Positions 10,586 through 21,480 of a DNA stretch of 64,000 nt are shown piece by piece. Made by a program: the position numbers and the translations under genes. The notes below the pieces were generated by a model. It was not told the DNA's origin, searched no databases, and worked only from the letters and a program-made list of their open reading frames with translations. Position 1 is the stretch's first letter. Each line of letters begins with the position of its first letter. The DNA is from Candidatus Marinacidobacterales bacterium (GTDB lineage Bacteria; Acidobacteriota; Vicinamibacteria; Marinacidobacterales; SMYC01), in NCBI GenBank assembly GCA_965237955.1, contig OZ250169.1, positions 3,744,001 through 3,808,000 of the forward strand, read 5' to 3'.

Positions 10586-11703
10586 CTCAATCGCTGCTGG
10601 CGGAGCTTTTCCTCGCTCGATGCCAAGTAGTGGAGCGACATGGTGTGGACGGGCACTTCATCGAGCACTTGGCTCATCTTCAGGACGCAGTCTTCGTACG
10701 CGCCTTTGTTGAAGGACTCGATGCCCTGCTGGTAGACCTCTTCCAGAAGGTCTGCTTGAGCCGCCACGTTGGACCACTGCGAGACGCGAGGCTCGACCGA
10801 CATGGCCACGCTGTCGCCCCGATCTTTGGTCACGACGACGTCCTGCTCGTCGAGCTCGGGCACTTTCAACGGGATATTGGCGCTCGCGACCGCACCCGCG
10901 AGGGCTGCCCTGAGCTCGATCAGCGACTGGAAGCGCTCACCCATTTGTTTGGCGAGGGCTTTGACGACGATGGCCTCGACCTCGGCCGGCAGGACTAACT
11001 CATCGCTGAGCTTTCCCGGATCGTCGGAGACGATCTTGAAGACCGAGGCTGCCAGAGTGTCCGCGCGGAATGGATTGCGTCCCGTCAGAAGCTCATAGGA
11101 GACCACGCCCAGGGAGAAAATGTCCGCCTGGGTTGTGACCACCTGTCCGCGCATCTGCTCCGGTGCCATGTACTCGACGGTTCCGAAGACGGTGCCCGCC
11201 TTGGTGAGCTCGCCTTCGCCAACTTTGGCGACGCCGAAATCGAGCACTTTGACGACACCGCTTCGAAGGACGAAGACGTTCGAGGGCTTCAAATCGCGAT
11301 GGACGATCTTGTGCGCGTGCGCCTCGGAAAGGCCGGACGCGATCTGATCCACGATGGAGAGTTTTTGCCCGAGAGTCAGTTTCTTTTTCCGCCTCAGGAT
11401 CGACGACAGCGGCGCTCCCTCGAGAAGCTCCATCACCAGATAGGCGGTGTCGCCTTCCTCGAACAGCTCGTGAACGGTGATGATGTTCGGGTGCTGGAGC
11501 TGTCCTGCCGCTTGGGCCTCGCGGAGGAAGCGCAGGCGCAACTCGGCCTCGTGCGGCGAATCGGCCATGGACATGGTCTTGATCGCCACCAGCCGTCCGA
11601 GCCCGGGATCGACGGCGCTGTACACGACTCCCATCGCGCCGCGCCCCACTAGGCCGCGCACCTCGTACTTCCCGACCTTGTCGGGAATATCGTTCTTGGA
11701 CAT
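10586..11703 (-). pseudogene. Hanks-type Ser/Thr kinase with TPR-like tail, truncated at the C-terminus by IS5
   Basis: Start MSKNDIPDKVGKY; GRGAMG, HRDLKPSN, DFG and YMAPE motifs. The frame runs into the IS right end. Confidence 0.82.
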
Positions 11704-11881
11704 ACAAATCGCCCGGAGGAGTTGGTCGTGGTGTCTGATTTTCGGGTGTGGTTCTATGGTCTCACCCAGCCCCGAAGAATGCCACCAGCCCCCCTGCCCC
11801 ACGGGCACGGCCAAGGGCGGGGGAAGAATGCTGTTGGCCCCTTGCTTAGTTGCGACGGTTGGGCTACAACCTCGGGGTCCA

Positions 11882-13213
11882 ATGCGCATTTTCATTGTCG
11901 GCGCGGGCGAGGTGGGCTTCCACATCGCGAGCTCTCTTGCACGCGAGGGGCACGATCTCGTCGTCATCGAGGCCGACGCGGCGCAGGCGAAGAAGATTCA
12001 AACCGAGCTCGACGTCATGGGCATTCATGGCGATGGCTGTCAGCCGGAGCTCTTGAAAGAGTACGGCGTCGAGAACGCCGACCTCTTCTTCAGCGTTTCT
12101 GACGGTGACGCGGTGAACCTGCTCGCGGCGCTGACCGCTCGAGCTCTCGGGGCCAAACAGTGCGTTGCTCGCCTCGGGAACCCACAATACGGGGAGAATC
12201 CGCTTCTGCAAGCCGATCCCAATATTATCCCGCTCCATCCCGAACGGCTCGTCGCCGAAGAGATTCTCGGCTTGACGCGGGTCCCTGGCGTCAGCAAGGC
12301 GCATTTCTTCGAGGATGGAAAGCTTCTCTTGTTGCGCGCGCGACCGTCTCGTGACGCGGACATTTACCGCCGTCCGCTCAGAGAGCTATCGGGGCCCGAC
12401 GGCTGGATTCTCGTGGGCGTCGAGCGGGGCGGCAAGCTCACCATCCCAAAAGGTGACACCGAGCTGAAGCCAGGTCATCGGGTGTATGCCGTAGGGCGGA
12501 CGGAGACGGTGCGCGAGTTTCTCCGGGCGCTAGGAATCGAGGCGTCGCCCGTTCACAAAGTCGTCATCGCCGGCGCTGGACACGTCGGTAGCTGGCTCGC
12601 GAAAAAGCTCGTCGAGGACAACGTGCACGTCACGGTGATCCAACGACAAGCGCAAAAAGCGCTCGCGCTCGCCACTGAAGTTCCCGAGGCGCTGGTCCTG
12701 CATGGTGATGCGACCGACACGGGGATCTTGAAGGAGGCGGGCGCTGCCGACGCCGACTACTTCGTCGCCGCCACCCAGGACGATGAAAGCAACGTGATCA
12801 GCTCCTACCTTGCCCACGAGGCTGGCGCGCGCATCGTGGTGAGCCTCTACCAGCGGCCTGAGTTTCTGAACGTACTCCGGGCCGCGCGCGTCGATATCGG
12901 CCTCTCGCCCCGTCTCATCACCGCTGGCACCATCCTCCGTATGGTCCACCGGCGCGAAATCTTGAGCCTCGACCTGGTCGCGAGTGGTGAAGCCGAAGTC
13001 GTCGAGTTCCAAGTGCCGGACAGCTCGCGTGTTCTCAAAGCGCCGCTCCGGAAAATGAAGCTCCCGAAAGACAGCATCATCGGCGCGGTCATTCGTGGCG
13101 AGGAGCGCTACGTACCCGACGGCGATTTCACGTTCCAAGTCGGGGATCGCGCGCTCGTGTTCAGCTTGACCGAAGCCCTGCCCGCGCTCGAGAAGTTGTT
13201 CCGCGCTCGGTAA
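11882..13213 (+). CDS. trkA: Trk system potassium uptake NAD-binding subunit
   Basis: MRIFIVGAGEVG and second GAGHVG RCK domain; adjacent to trkH. Confidence 0.92.
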   Translation: MRIFIVGAGEVGFHIASSLAREGHDLVVIEADAAQAKKIQTELDVMGIHGDGCQPELLKEYGVENADLFFSVSDGDAVNLLAALTARALGAKQCVARLGNPQYGENPLLQADPNIIPLHPERLVAEEILGLTRVPGVSKAHFFEDGKLLLLRARPSRDADIYRRPLRELSGPDGWILVGVERGGKLTIPKGDTELKPGHRVYAVGRTETVREFLRALGIEASPVHKVVIAGAGHVGSWLAKKLVEDNVHVTVIQRQAQKALALATEVPEALVLHGDATDTGILKEAGAADADYFVAATQDDESNVISSYLAHEAGARIVVSLYQRPEFLNVLRAARVDIGLSPRLITAGTILRMVHRREILSLDLVASGEAEVVEFQVPDSSRVLKAPLRKMKLPKDSIIGAVIRGEERYVPDGDFTFQVGDRALVFSLTEALPALEKLFRAR

Positions 13214-13221
13214 TACCAGCG

Positions 13222-14748
13222 ATGTCCGAAGCTAAACGACTGGCCGGCCGGTTGCGCATCAACGTCAATATCGGAAGCGTTCTCTTTCTTCTCGGCCGCC
13301 TGCTGCTCGCGCTCGCGTTGGCACTCCTCGTCCCCGCGCTCGTGGCGCACTATCTCGAAGAAGACGCGCGTTGGGCATTCTATGCGGCCGCCGGCTTCGC
13401 CGCCGCGCTCGGCCTGTTTCTGGAGAGGTATTTCCACCAGGGGGAAGAGTTCGCCTTCGGCCGGCGCGAAGCGTTTCTGCTCGTCAGCTCCGCGTGGCTT
13501 CTGGCGACGGCGGTCGGCGCGATGCCGTACGTGCTGGAGAATGGCATCGCGTTCACCGTGGATGCGCTGTTCGAGTCTGCATCGGGGTTCACCACGACCG
13601 GTGCGTCCATCTTCGCCGATGTGGAGGTCCTCCCGCGCTCGGTCCTGCTGTGGCGAGCGTTGACCCAGTGGATTGGTGGCATGGGCATCATCGTGCTCGG
13701 GATTGCCGTGCTCCCGAAACTCGCAATAGGGGGGATGGAGCTTCTCAGCGCCGAGGCACCCGGGCCCATCCAGGAGAAGCTCACGCCCCGCATCGCTCAG
13801 ACGGCGAAAGCTCTTTGGGGCATCTACGTGTTGTTGACGCTCCTCGAGATAGGAGTCTTATTGGTTCTCGGGCTCGGCCTTCTCGATGCTGTGGCACATG
13901 CGTTCGCATCGATGGCGACGGGCGGGTTCTCCACGAGAAACGGCAGTATCAGCGCGTTCGAGAGCGCGGCGGTCGAGTGGACGGTCACGCTGTTCATGGT
14001 TCTCGCGGGCGCGAGTTTTGCGGTCCACTACCAGTGGCTGCGCGGAAGATTCTCGGTGTTGAAAAAGGATTCCGAGCTTCACCTGTACGTCGGGATTCTC
14101 GCGGCGGGAACTTTCGTGATCGTCTTGGATCTGATGTTCGGGCAGGTCACGAGCTCGTTCTTCGAAGCACTGCGACTCGCAGCGTTTCAAGTGGTGACGA
14201 TCGTAACGACCGCGGGCTTCGTGACCGCGGATTACGAGGCGTGGCCACAGGTCTCTCGGGTGCTCCTCTTCGTTCTCATGTTCACCGGCGGCTGCGCCGG
14301 CTCGACCGGTGGCTCGGTCAAAATCGTTCGCTTGCTGATCATCTTCAAGAAGATCGCGGTCGATTTGAAGCGGATGCTCCAGCCGCACGCCGTCTTGCCG
14401 GTGCGCTTGGGCTCGCGGAGCGTACCCGATGACGTCGTCTCCTCGGTGACGACTTTTTTCGTTCTGTTCTTGCTGCTGTTTGCGCTCGGCGGGATCGCGC
14501 TCACCATCTTCGGTGTCGATCCGGTCTCGGCGTTCTCGGCGTCGGCTGCTTGTCTCGGTAACATCGGCCCCGGTTTCGGCGCCGTCGGACCGACGATGAA
14601 CTACGCGGGCCTACCCGCGGCCGCGAAAGTGCTCCTCGCAGTATTGATGGTCGTCGGCCGTCTCGAGCTCTACACGGTGATGTTTATTTTGTTTGCCTCT
14701 CCTGCCATTTCAGTGGATCCTCTCGAGGGTGAGACCGCCACAGTTTAG
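13222..14748 (+). CDS. trkH: Trk system potassium uptake membrane protein; last codons replaced by ISL3 sequence
   Basis: ESASGFTTTG, ATGGFS, GGCAGSTGG, GNIGPG and GRLEL motifs. Confidence 0.92.
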   Translation: MSEAKRLAGRLRINVNIGSVLFLLGRLLLALALALLVPALVAHYLEEDARWAFYAAAGFAAALGLFLERYFHQGEEFAFGRREAFLLVSSAWLLATAVGAMPYVLENGIAFTVDALFESASGFTTTGASIFADVEVLPRSVLLWRALTQWIGGMGIIVLGIAVLPKLAIGGMELLSAEAPGPIQEKLTPRIAQTAKALWGIYVLLTLLEIGVLLVLGLGLLDAVAHAFASMATGGFSTRNGSISAFESAAVEWTVTLFMVLAGASFAVHYQWLRGRFSVLKKDSELHLYVGILAAGTFVIVLDLMFGQVTSSFFEALRLAAFQVVTIVTTAGFVTADYEAWPQVSRVLLFVLMFTGGCAGSTGGSVKIVRLLIIFKKIAVDLKRMLQPHAVLPVRLGSRSVPDDVVSSVTTFFVLFLLLFALGGIALTIFGVDPVSAFSASAACLGNIGPGFGAVGPTMNYAGLPAAAKVLLAVLMVVGRLELYTVMFILFASPAISVDPLEGETATV

Positions 14749-15930
14749 GTAGACGAGACTGATGAGAGCTTCGGCAGAGTGGAGTCCAAAGCTGCGGTGG
14801 CTCAGCAGCCGGGTTTTGTTGTTCATTCCTTCGAGTCGGCCGTTGCTGAGTCTCCACGTGACCCACGCGATGACGCCATCGAAGTGGCTGCGGATCATCT
14901 TCGCCGCGCGTTTGACGGGCTCTATCCTCGAGCTCATAGCGCGCCGCAGCCATCCTCGGAGAAACTTCTTGGCCCATGTCTCGGTTTTGTAGGTGTAGAG
15001 GTCCATGAAGTCGTCGCGCAGAAGCATGGCGCGGTAGAGGCGACGATTAGCTCGCACCTGCTCGCGGAGCACCCGTTTGTCTTTCGCGCTGCGGTTGTGT
15101 TTGGCCTTGAGAAGGGGAAACTTGGTGTTCTTGAGGTTGCGCCGGGCAGTCCCTTTGAGCTCGCGCACCAGCTCGCGCCGGGTCTTATCCACGGCCTCGT
15201 TCAGATGCTTGACGATGTGGAAGCGGTCAAAGATCACCCGTGCCTGAGGAGCCTTTTTGCCGACGACAGTTATGTACGGCTCCCACATGTCCATGCTGAC
15301 CGCTTCGAGCTCCGCGGCTCTTTGTGGTCCGAGCTTGCGGAAAAACCGCAGCAGCGTCTTGGCCTTGCGCTCCTTTCCCGCCCAGACGACCCGGCCGCTG
15401 AGATGGTCTATTACCACTGTTAAGTACTTGTGGCGTTTGCGGTAGCTGATCTCGTCCATCCCAATCACCCGCAATCCATCGAGCTCGCGCCGCTCATCCC
15501 GCTGCTCGGCAACCACTCGCTGGATGATCCGTCGCACCGAACGCCACGTCACTCGGAAATAGTTCGCTACGGCGCTGACGTCCGTCCTCTGTGCCAGCCA
15601 CGCTACCTCTTGTTCGAAGCTTTTGGTAAAGCGGCTTCCCTTGTCTGCCCAAGGCACCTTTTCTCTGACCACTCCACACCGCCGACATACCACTCGTCGG
15701 ATCGAGTAGCGAAGATAGGTCCGGACTCCGAACAGGTCCAAGTGCCGCCAGTAGCGATTGTAGCGATCTTTGTTCTTGCGGACCTTTCGTCCGCAAATCC
15801 CGCACAGAGGCTTCCTCCTCCGTGGTACTACATCCACCACCACTCTGTCTTTGTCCGCCTGGAAGTGGAAACCTCGGACCCACAGGCCTTGCAATCCGAT
15901 GAGCTTGTTGACTAACGTAGTAACGCGCAT
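14710..15930 (-). CDS. ISL3 family transposase
   Basis: Zn finger CGIC/CRRC; IGMDE, SMDMW, DRFH and NGRLEGMNNK motifs. Confidence 0.93.
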   Translation of the reverse strand: MRVTTLVNKLIGLQGLWVRGFHFQADKDRVVVDVVPRRRKPLCGICGRKVRKNKDRYNRYWRHLDLFGVRTYLRYSIRRVVCRRCGVVREKVPWADKGSRFTKSFEQEVAWLAQRTDVSAVANYFRVTWRSVRRIIQRVVAEQRDERRELDGLRVIGMDEISYRKRHKYLTVVIDHLSGRVVWAGKERKAKTLLRFFRKLGPQRAAELEAVSMDMWEPYITVVGKKAPQARVIFDRFHIVKHLNEAVDKTRRELVRELKGTARRNLKNTKFPLLKAKHNRSAKDKRVLREQVRANRRLYRAMLLRDDFMDLYTYKTETWAKKFLRGWLRRAMSSRIEPVKRAAKMIRSHFDGVIAWVTWRLSNGRLEGMNNKTRLLSHRSFGLHSAEALISLVYLNCGGLTLERIH

Positions 15931-16056
15931 CGCGGGAACGCTCTTTTCTCTTTCGGAAAAAAAGATTCTAGCGTTCTCGCCGATGCGCATCTACACATGG
16001 CTTACCCTCTCAACCCACGGGCCTCACCAAATGCCACTGCCCCTCAGCGGGAGACA

Positions 16057-16149
16057 AGGCTGTGGGAAACGCCCCCACGGTTCTGGTCGTTCAGACCTTG
16101 CTCACGACTGAGTTCTCTTCGAAGCCTGGAAGGGCGTTTTCCATAGCCT
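16057..16149 (+). other. 18-bp stem-loop in the ISL3 leader
   Basis: AGGCTGTGGGAAACGCCC / GGGCGTTTTCCATAGCCT pairs fully on the + strand using 2 G-U pairs. Confidence 0.7.
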
Positions 16150-16192
16150 CCACTAATCGAGCCCCCCCTTCCTTATTCCATATGAATTAATC

Positions 16193-17576
16193 GGGTCTAC
16201 GCGGAAATCTGTGGGCGAATGCTGACGGAGAAATAGTGTAACTCATTGTGTGGAAAAGGTATTCAGCACTTCATCAGGTGCTGAGAAGTGATCCGTTTTT
16301 CGGATAGGCTAACCGAGTGAAAAATCCCCAGTCGATCCGCTCGCTTTTTGCGCTACCAGGTTTCGTGGCTGGCGCCCGATTGAACGGTGTATTCGGTGAC
16401 CGATACGCCCGCGTCATCCAGCTCAAGAGGCGAAAAAAACAGCCGTGTGCTCGTACTGTGGGCATCGGTGCCGGGGGCGCTATGACAAGCAAGTGTGCCG
16501 GGTCCGCGACCTGTCGTTGGCAGGCTGGCGGATCTATCTGGAATACGAGCGTTGGCGCGTCAACTGTCGTGGGTGCGGTGGTGTGCATGTAGAACACTTG
16601 GACTGGCTGGCGAACAACCCGCGCTACACCCAGCGCTTTGCGACGCATGTGGGCAAGCTGTGCCGGGATATGCCGAACAAGGCGGTGGCCGAGATGGAAC
16701 GTCTGCACCACACTACGGTGAAGGACCTGGATAAGCTCTACATGCAAGAGCAAGTCGAGCGGGCGGGGCTGCCGGCGCCTCGGGCCATCGGTATTGATGA
16801 GATCTCCATCCGCAAGGGACATAACTATCGTGTCATTGTCAGCGACCTGGAGCGGGCGCGTCCCATCTGGGTGGGCGGTGAGGGTCGCAAAGAAACCGAC
16901 ATCGATTTGTTCTTCAAGGCGCTGGGCGGGAAGAAAAGCGCCCGTATCAAGCTGGCCGCCATGGATATGTGGAAGCCCTTCCGGAACTCGGTGATTAACA
17001 ACGCACCCAATGCGCGGATCATCTTCGACAAGTTTCATATCATGCGTCACCTGTCAAAGGCTCTCGATGAGGTCCGGCGCCGTGAGTACAAACGCCTCAG
17101 CGGCGAGGACCGGTCGTATATCAAGGGGCAGCGTTACACGTTGCTTTCCCGGCGGGAGAACCTGAGCCTGGACGGTCGCCGCGCACTCAAGAAGTTGCTC
17201 CAGGCCAACCGGCGCCTGAACACCGCCTATGTTTTGAAGGAGGCCTTCGGGCAACTCTGGGATTACCGCACCGAACGCGGGGCTCGCGCCTTTTTCACAC
17301 GTTGGAAAGACAGCCTCAAATGGCAGCGCCTGCATCCCTACCAGAAGTTCGCCGGAATGATTGAGTCCCATTGGGATGGTATCGCCTCCTACTGTCATCC
17401 TGAGAACAAAGTCAGTCTCGGACTGGTTGAAGGGGTCAACAACAAAATCCGTGTTCTGCAACGACGCGCCTACGGCTATCGTGACGAGGGATATCTCAAG
17501 CTGAAGATCGTGGCGGCATTCCTTCCGCCATTACCCAGAAATGCCGTTTTCAACCCACACGAACCCGCGTAGACCC
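16193..17576 (+). mobile_element. ISL3 family element (inner, nested)
   Basis: Inverted repeats GGGTCTACGCGG / CCGCGTAGACCC; perfect 8-bp target duplication AATTAATC (16185-16192, 17577-17584). Confidence 0.93.
16317..17572 (+). CDS. ISL3 transposase split by a probable -1 frameshift at A7C (16433-16440)
   Basis: ORF 16317 (..KRRKK) joins the -1 frame TAVCSYC..., which carries IGIDE, MDMW, DKFH and EGVNNK. Confidence 0.85.
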
Positions 17577-17607
17577 AATTAATCTTTCTTGTATATATAT
17601 CAGGAGG

Positions 17608-17760
17608 GGCCTGTGGGCGCTCGTGGGAAACGCGAAGCGTTTTCCAAGCGATTGTGGAAAACGCCGCTCCACGTTTGTACGTGCTCACAACCTTTCCCTA
17701 AACGCCTCTCTCGCCCGGAGTTTCCGGCGTTTTCCACAATCGCGGCAGCGTCCATAGGCC
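17608..17760 (+). ncRNA. Putative structured RNA or ssDNA element (three-stem junction) in the ISL3 leader
   Basis: Closing stem GGCCTGTGGGCGCT/AGCGTCCATAGGCC; hairpin TGGGAAACGC-GAA-GCGTTTTCCA; perfect 18-bp GCGATTGTGGAAAACGCC/GGCGTTTTCCACAATCGC. Confidence 0.5.
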
Positions 17761-17835
17761 ATGCCCTCCAACACAAATCAGATCCCCCGAAACGACAGGA
17801 GAACCGTTTGTTTTTTAGGCGGGTTGCATAGGACT

Positions 17836-18000
17836 GCCATAAGATCCGCCATCCGCCATCGGCCGTCAGCCATCGGCCAGAGCGCCTCGCCTCCGAGGCA
17901 GACGTCCACGACTCGCAACGCCGTCGCTACTCTCGAGCAAACGCCTTCCGCATAGACGCCGATCTGCTAATGGCCGACGGCTGGTGGCTGATGCCGATCC
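17836..18000. repeat. Heptamer-built inverted repeat (GCCATCC/GCCATCG/GCCGTCA)
   Basis: Tandem 7-mers at ~17848-17879, mirrored at ~17971-17995. Confidence 0.55.
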
Positions 18001-18044
18001 TTTGTCATAGAATCATCGGTCATGTTTGCTGCAGGAGGATTTCG

Positions 18045-19997
18045 ATGAGCCGCGGAAAAGCTGAAATTGACGCGCTATTGCAAGAAGGACGGGAGTTCGT
18101 GCCGTCGGACGCGTTTCGCGACCAGGCTCATGTGCGGGACGAGTCGCTCTACGTCGAGGCGGACAAGGATTTCGAAAGCTTCTGGGCGAGGATGGCCGGC
18201 GAGCTCGAGTGGATCGAGCCGTGGCACGAAGTGCTTTCGTGGAACCCACCGCACGCCAAGTGGTTCGTCGGTGGAAAGCTGAACGTCAGCGTCAACTGTC
18301 TCGACCGCCACGTGAAAACGGCGCGGCGCAACAAAGCGGCTCTCATATGGGAAGGCGAGCCAGGCGATAGGCGCACACTCACCTATTGGGATCTCTATCG
18401 CGAGGTGAACCGGTTTGCGAACGTTCTCAAAAAGCTCGGAGTCGGCAAGGGAGATCGGGTTGCCATATACCTCCCGATGATCCCCGAGCTCCCGATCGCG
18501 ATGTTGGCGTGCACCCGCATCGGTGCGGTGCATAGCGTCGTCTTCGGAGGTTTCAGCGCCGACTCTCTACGAGATCGCATCAATGACGCCGAAGCCAAGC
18601 TCGTCATCACCGCCAACGGAGGCTATCGCCGAGGCAATATCGTTCCGCTCAAGAAGTTCGCCGACGAGGCGGTCGAGGGTGCCCCGAGCGTCGAGAACGT
18701 CGTGGTCGTCAAGCGCGACGATTTCAAGATCCACTTCGAGGAAGGTCGGGATCACTGGTGGCACGATCTCGTCGCCGACGCTGACGCTTTTTGCGAGCCC
18801 GAGCCGATGGACGCCGAAGATCTGCTCTACATTCTTTATACATCGGGCACGACCGGTAAGCCCAAGGGCGTCGTCCATACGACCGGGGGGTACCTCACCC
18901 AGGTAGCGGCGACGACGAAGTACGTGTTCGATCTCAAAGACGACGACGTGTGGTGGGCGGCCGCCGACATCGGCTGGGTGACCGGCCACAGCTACATCGT
19001 CTATGGGCCCTTGGCGCTAGGGGTCACTGGGGTCATGTACGAAGGCTCCCCCGACTGGCCGGACAAGGACCGATTCTGGGCAACGGTGGCGAAATACGGC
19101 GTCACCTGCTTCTACACCGCGCCGACCGCGATCCGCGCGTTCATGAAGTGGGGGACAGAGTGGCCGGCCAAACACGATCTCTCGTCGTTGCGACTTCTCG
19201 GTACGGTGGGCGAGCCCATCAATCCCGAAGCATGGATGTGGTACTACGAGTTCATCGGGGGCAAGCGGTGCCCGGTCGTCGACACCTGGTGGCAAACCGA
19301 GACGGGTGCCATCATGTGCACCCCGCTACCGGGAGTGACGAAGCTCAAGCCCGGCTCGGCGACGAGGCCGTTCCCGGGTATCCAGATGGACATCCTGACC
19401 GAGGCTGGAGACACCGTCGAAATAGGTGGCGGCTTGCTCGCGATCAAACGCCCGTGGCCGTCGATGCTCCGCGGAATCTACGGCGATCCCGAGCGCTACG
19501 TGAGCACTTATTGGAGCAAGTGGTCGAACGACGTCTACTTCGCCGGCGATGGTGCGAAGCGGGATGAGGATGGCTTCTTCTGGCTCCTCGGCCGGGTGGA
19601 CGACGTCTTGAACGTTTCCGGTCATCGCATTGGAACCATGGAAGTCGAGAGCGCGCTCGTCGACTACCCGGACGTGGCCGAGGCCGCGGTCGTGGGACGG
19701 GCGCACGACATCAAAGGGCAGGCGATTTCCGCGTTCGTGACGTTGAAAGAAGGCAAGCAAGCCACGCCGTCTCTGATCGACGATTTGAAACAGCACGTCG
19801 TCAAACGCATCGGAGCGATCGCACGGCCCGACGACATCATTCTCACCGCGGATTTACCCAAGACACGCTCGGGCAAGATCATGAGACGCCTGCTCCGAGA
19901 CATCGCCGAAGGCAAGACCCTCGGCGATACTACGACGCTTGCGGATCCGGCTGTTGTTGAAAGCTTGAAGGAGAAATACGCCGACGAGGCTGAATAG
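18045..19997 (+). CDS. acs: Acetyl-CoA synthetase
   Basis: [20 protein letters not shown] and [11 protein letters not shown] motifs; AGGAGG RBS before ATG 18045. Confidence 0.96.
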   Translation: MSRGKAEIDALLQEGREFVPSDAFRDQAHVRDESLYVEADKDFESFWARMAGELEWIEPWHEVLSWNPPHAKWFVGGKLNVSVNCLDRHVKTARRNKAALIWEGEPGDRRTLTYWDLYREVNRFANVLKKLGVGKGDRVAIYLPMIPELPIAMLACTRIGAVHSVVFGGFSADSLRDRINDAEAKLVITANGGYRRGNIVPLKKFADEAVEGAPSVENVVVVKRDDFKIHFEEGRDHWWHDLVADADAFCEPEPMDAEDLLYILYTSGTTGKPKGVVHTTGGYLTQVAATTKYVFDLKDDDVWWAAADIGWVTGHSYIVYGPLALGVTGVMYEGSPDWPDKDRFWATVAKYGVTCFYTAPTAIRAFMKWGTEWPAKHDLSSLRLLGTVGEPINPEAWMWYYEFIGGKRCPVVDTWWQTETGAIMCTPLPGVTKLKPGSATRPFPGIQMDILTEAGDTVEIGGGLLAIKRPWPSMLRGIYGDPERYVSTYWSKWSNDVYFAGDGAKRDEDGFFWLLGRVDDVLNVSGHRIGTMEVESALVDYPDVAEAAVVGRAHDIKGQAISAFVTLKEGKQATPSLIDDLKQHVVKRIGAIARPDDIILTADLPKTRSGKIMRRLLRDIAEGKTLGDTTTLADPAVVESLKEKYADEAE

Positions 19998-20001
19998 ATC
20001 T

Positions 20002-21471
20002 ATGAAAATCTCACTGTCTCACCAACCGTTCGAAAAGCTCAAGACCGACCTGGCCGTAGCTGTCGTCAATTTTGACGGGCCTAACGGAGACCTCATCGAC
20101 GTCGACGATTCCGTTCTCGGGAAAGCGCTCAAAGACGCGAAGAAAGCGTTTCAGCGAGAGCGCTACCATCGCGAGGTGCTACTGAACTTCGGCGACAAGG
20201 CTCCGGTGAAAGCACTTCTCGTGTTCTCGTCCGCGCTCGAAAAAAACTACGACTTGCGGGAGAGCGTCAAGATCTTCGCTGCGCGCTCACTCGGCTATGC
20301 GTCCGACTATGGTCACGCGCGGCTCGCGTTTCTACTCAACGGTCCATCCGGTGTCGGCCACGTCGGCTGCGCGACCGAAGGGTACGTCCTCGGAGACTAC
20401 CGATTCGACAAGTATCGGAAGGACAAGACCAAAAGGAGCATTTCGGTCAGCCTCGTCTGCCGAGCGACCGCTCGCAAGACCGCCGAGCGCGAGCTCATTC
20501 GGAACCGCATCGTGAGCGAGGAAGTGAACCGAGCGCGCGACCTCGTGAACGAGCCCGGCGACAAGGTCTATCCGAAAACGCTGGCGCAGCTCGCAAAGAA
20601 GATCGGGACGGCCAGCAAGCTCGGTGTCACTATCGTTTCCGGCGCGGCGCTCGAGCGGCAGGGCTACAGCGGTCTCGTGGCGGTGGGGAAGGGGAGTGCC
20701 TACCCGCCCTGTCTCATCGTGTTGCGCTATCGCCCGGCAAAGAAATCGAAACGCCACCTTGCGCTCGTGGGCAAAGGGATCACGTTCGACACCGGCGGTA
20801 TTTCCATCAAGCCGTCCGAGGGCATGTGGTTGATGAAGGGGGACATGGCCGGTGGCGCGGCGGTGTTGGGAGCGATGGCGGCGATTGCCAAGCTGAAGCC
20901 GAAGGTCGCGGTCACCGGGATCGTCGCGGCAGCCGAGAACTTCCCGGGGCCCGAAGCCCAACGACCCGGCGACATTTTCATCGCCAAAAACGGCAAGTCG
21001 GTGATGGTGGACAACACCGACGCCGAAGGCCGCCTCGTACTCACCGATGCCCTCGCGCGCGCGGGAGAAGAAAAAGCGACGCACATCGTCGACGCCGCGA
21101 CGTTGACGGGTGCGATCGTGCGGACGCTCGGCACTGCGGTTGCGGGCATCATGGGCAACGACGCCAAACTCGTTCGTGCGGTCATCGATTCCGGGGCTCG
21201 TCACGGTGAAGCCTACTGGGAGCTACCGTTGATCGAGGAGTATCGCGAGATGCTGAAGACGCCCTACGCCGATCTGAACAACATCGGCGGAAAGTTCGCG
21301 GGTGCTATCACCGCTGGTCTGTTTCTCCAGGAGTTCGTCCCCGAAGGAGCGAAGTGGGTGCACCTCGACATCGCCGGACCGTTCATCCTCGAAAAGAAGT
21401 GGAAGTACTTTCCCGAAGGCGCCACCGGTTTCGGTGTGAAGACTTTCGTGGAGCTTGCGGAGTCGTTCTAA
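20002..21471 (+). CDS. pepA: Leucyl aminopeptidase (M17)
   Basis: GKGITFDTGG, MKGDMAG, NTDAEGRL and HLDIAG motifs. Confidence 0.93.
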   Translation: MKISLSHQPFEKLKTDLAVAVVNFDGPNGDLIDVDDSVLGKALKDAKKAFQRERYHREVLLNFGDKAPVKALLVFSSALEKNYDLRESVKIFAARSLGYASDYGHARLAFLLNGPSGVGHVGCATEGYVLGDYRFDKYRKDKTKRSISVSLVCRATARKTAERELIRNRIVSEEVNRARDLVNEPGDKVYPKTLAQLAKKIGTASKLGVTIVSGAALERQGYSGLVAVGKGSAYPPCLIVLRYRPAKKSKRHLALVGKGITFDTGGISIKPSEGMWLMKGDMAGGAAVLGAMAAIAKLKPKVAVTGIVAAAENFPGPEAQRPGDIFIAKNGKSVMVDNTDAEGRLVLTDALARAGEEKATHIVDAATLTGAIVRTLGTAVAGIMGNDAKLVRAVIDSGARHGEAYWELPLIEEYREMLKTPYADLNNIGGKFAGAITAGLFLQEFVPEGAKWVHLDIAGPFILEKKWKYFPEGATGFGVKTFVELAESF

Positions 21472-21480
21472 GCGGTGTGG

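Larger units (their letters stand above)
14695..17805 (-). mobile_element. ISL3 family element (outer), inserted in the 3' end of trkH and carrying a nested ISL3
   Basis: Ends GCCTCTCCTG / CAGGAGAACC. Flanking repeat TTTTGTTT / GTTTGTTT (7/8 match). Removing it restores trkH ...MFILFFRRVA*. Confidence 0.85.

Noticed and set aside
11477-11881. Long N-terminal extensions given by the ORF track for trkA and the opposing kinase (also rtcB/kinase at 51779)
   Set aside because: They overlap real genes on the opposite strand; family motifs begin at 11882, 11703 and 52097.
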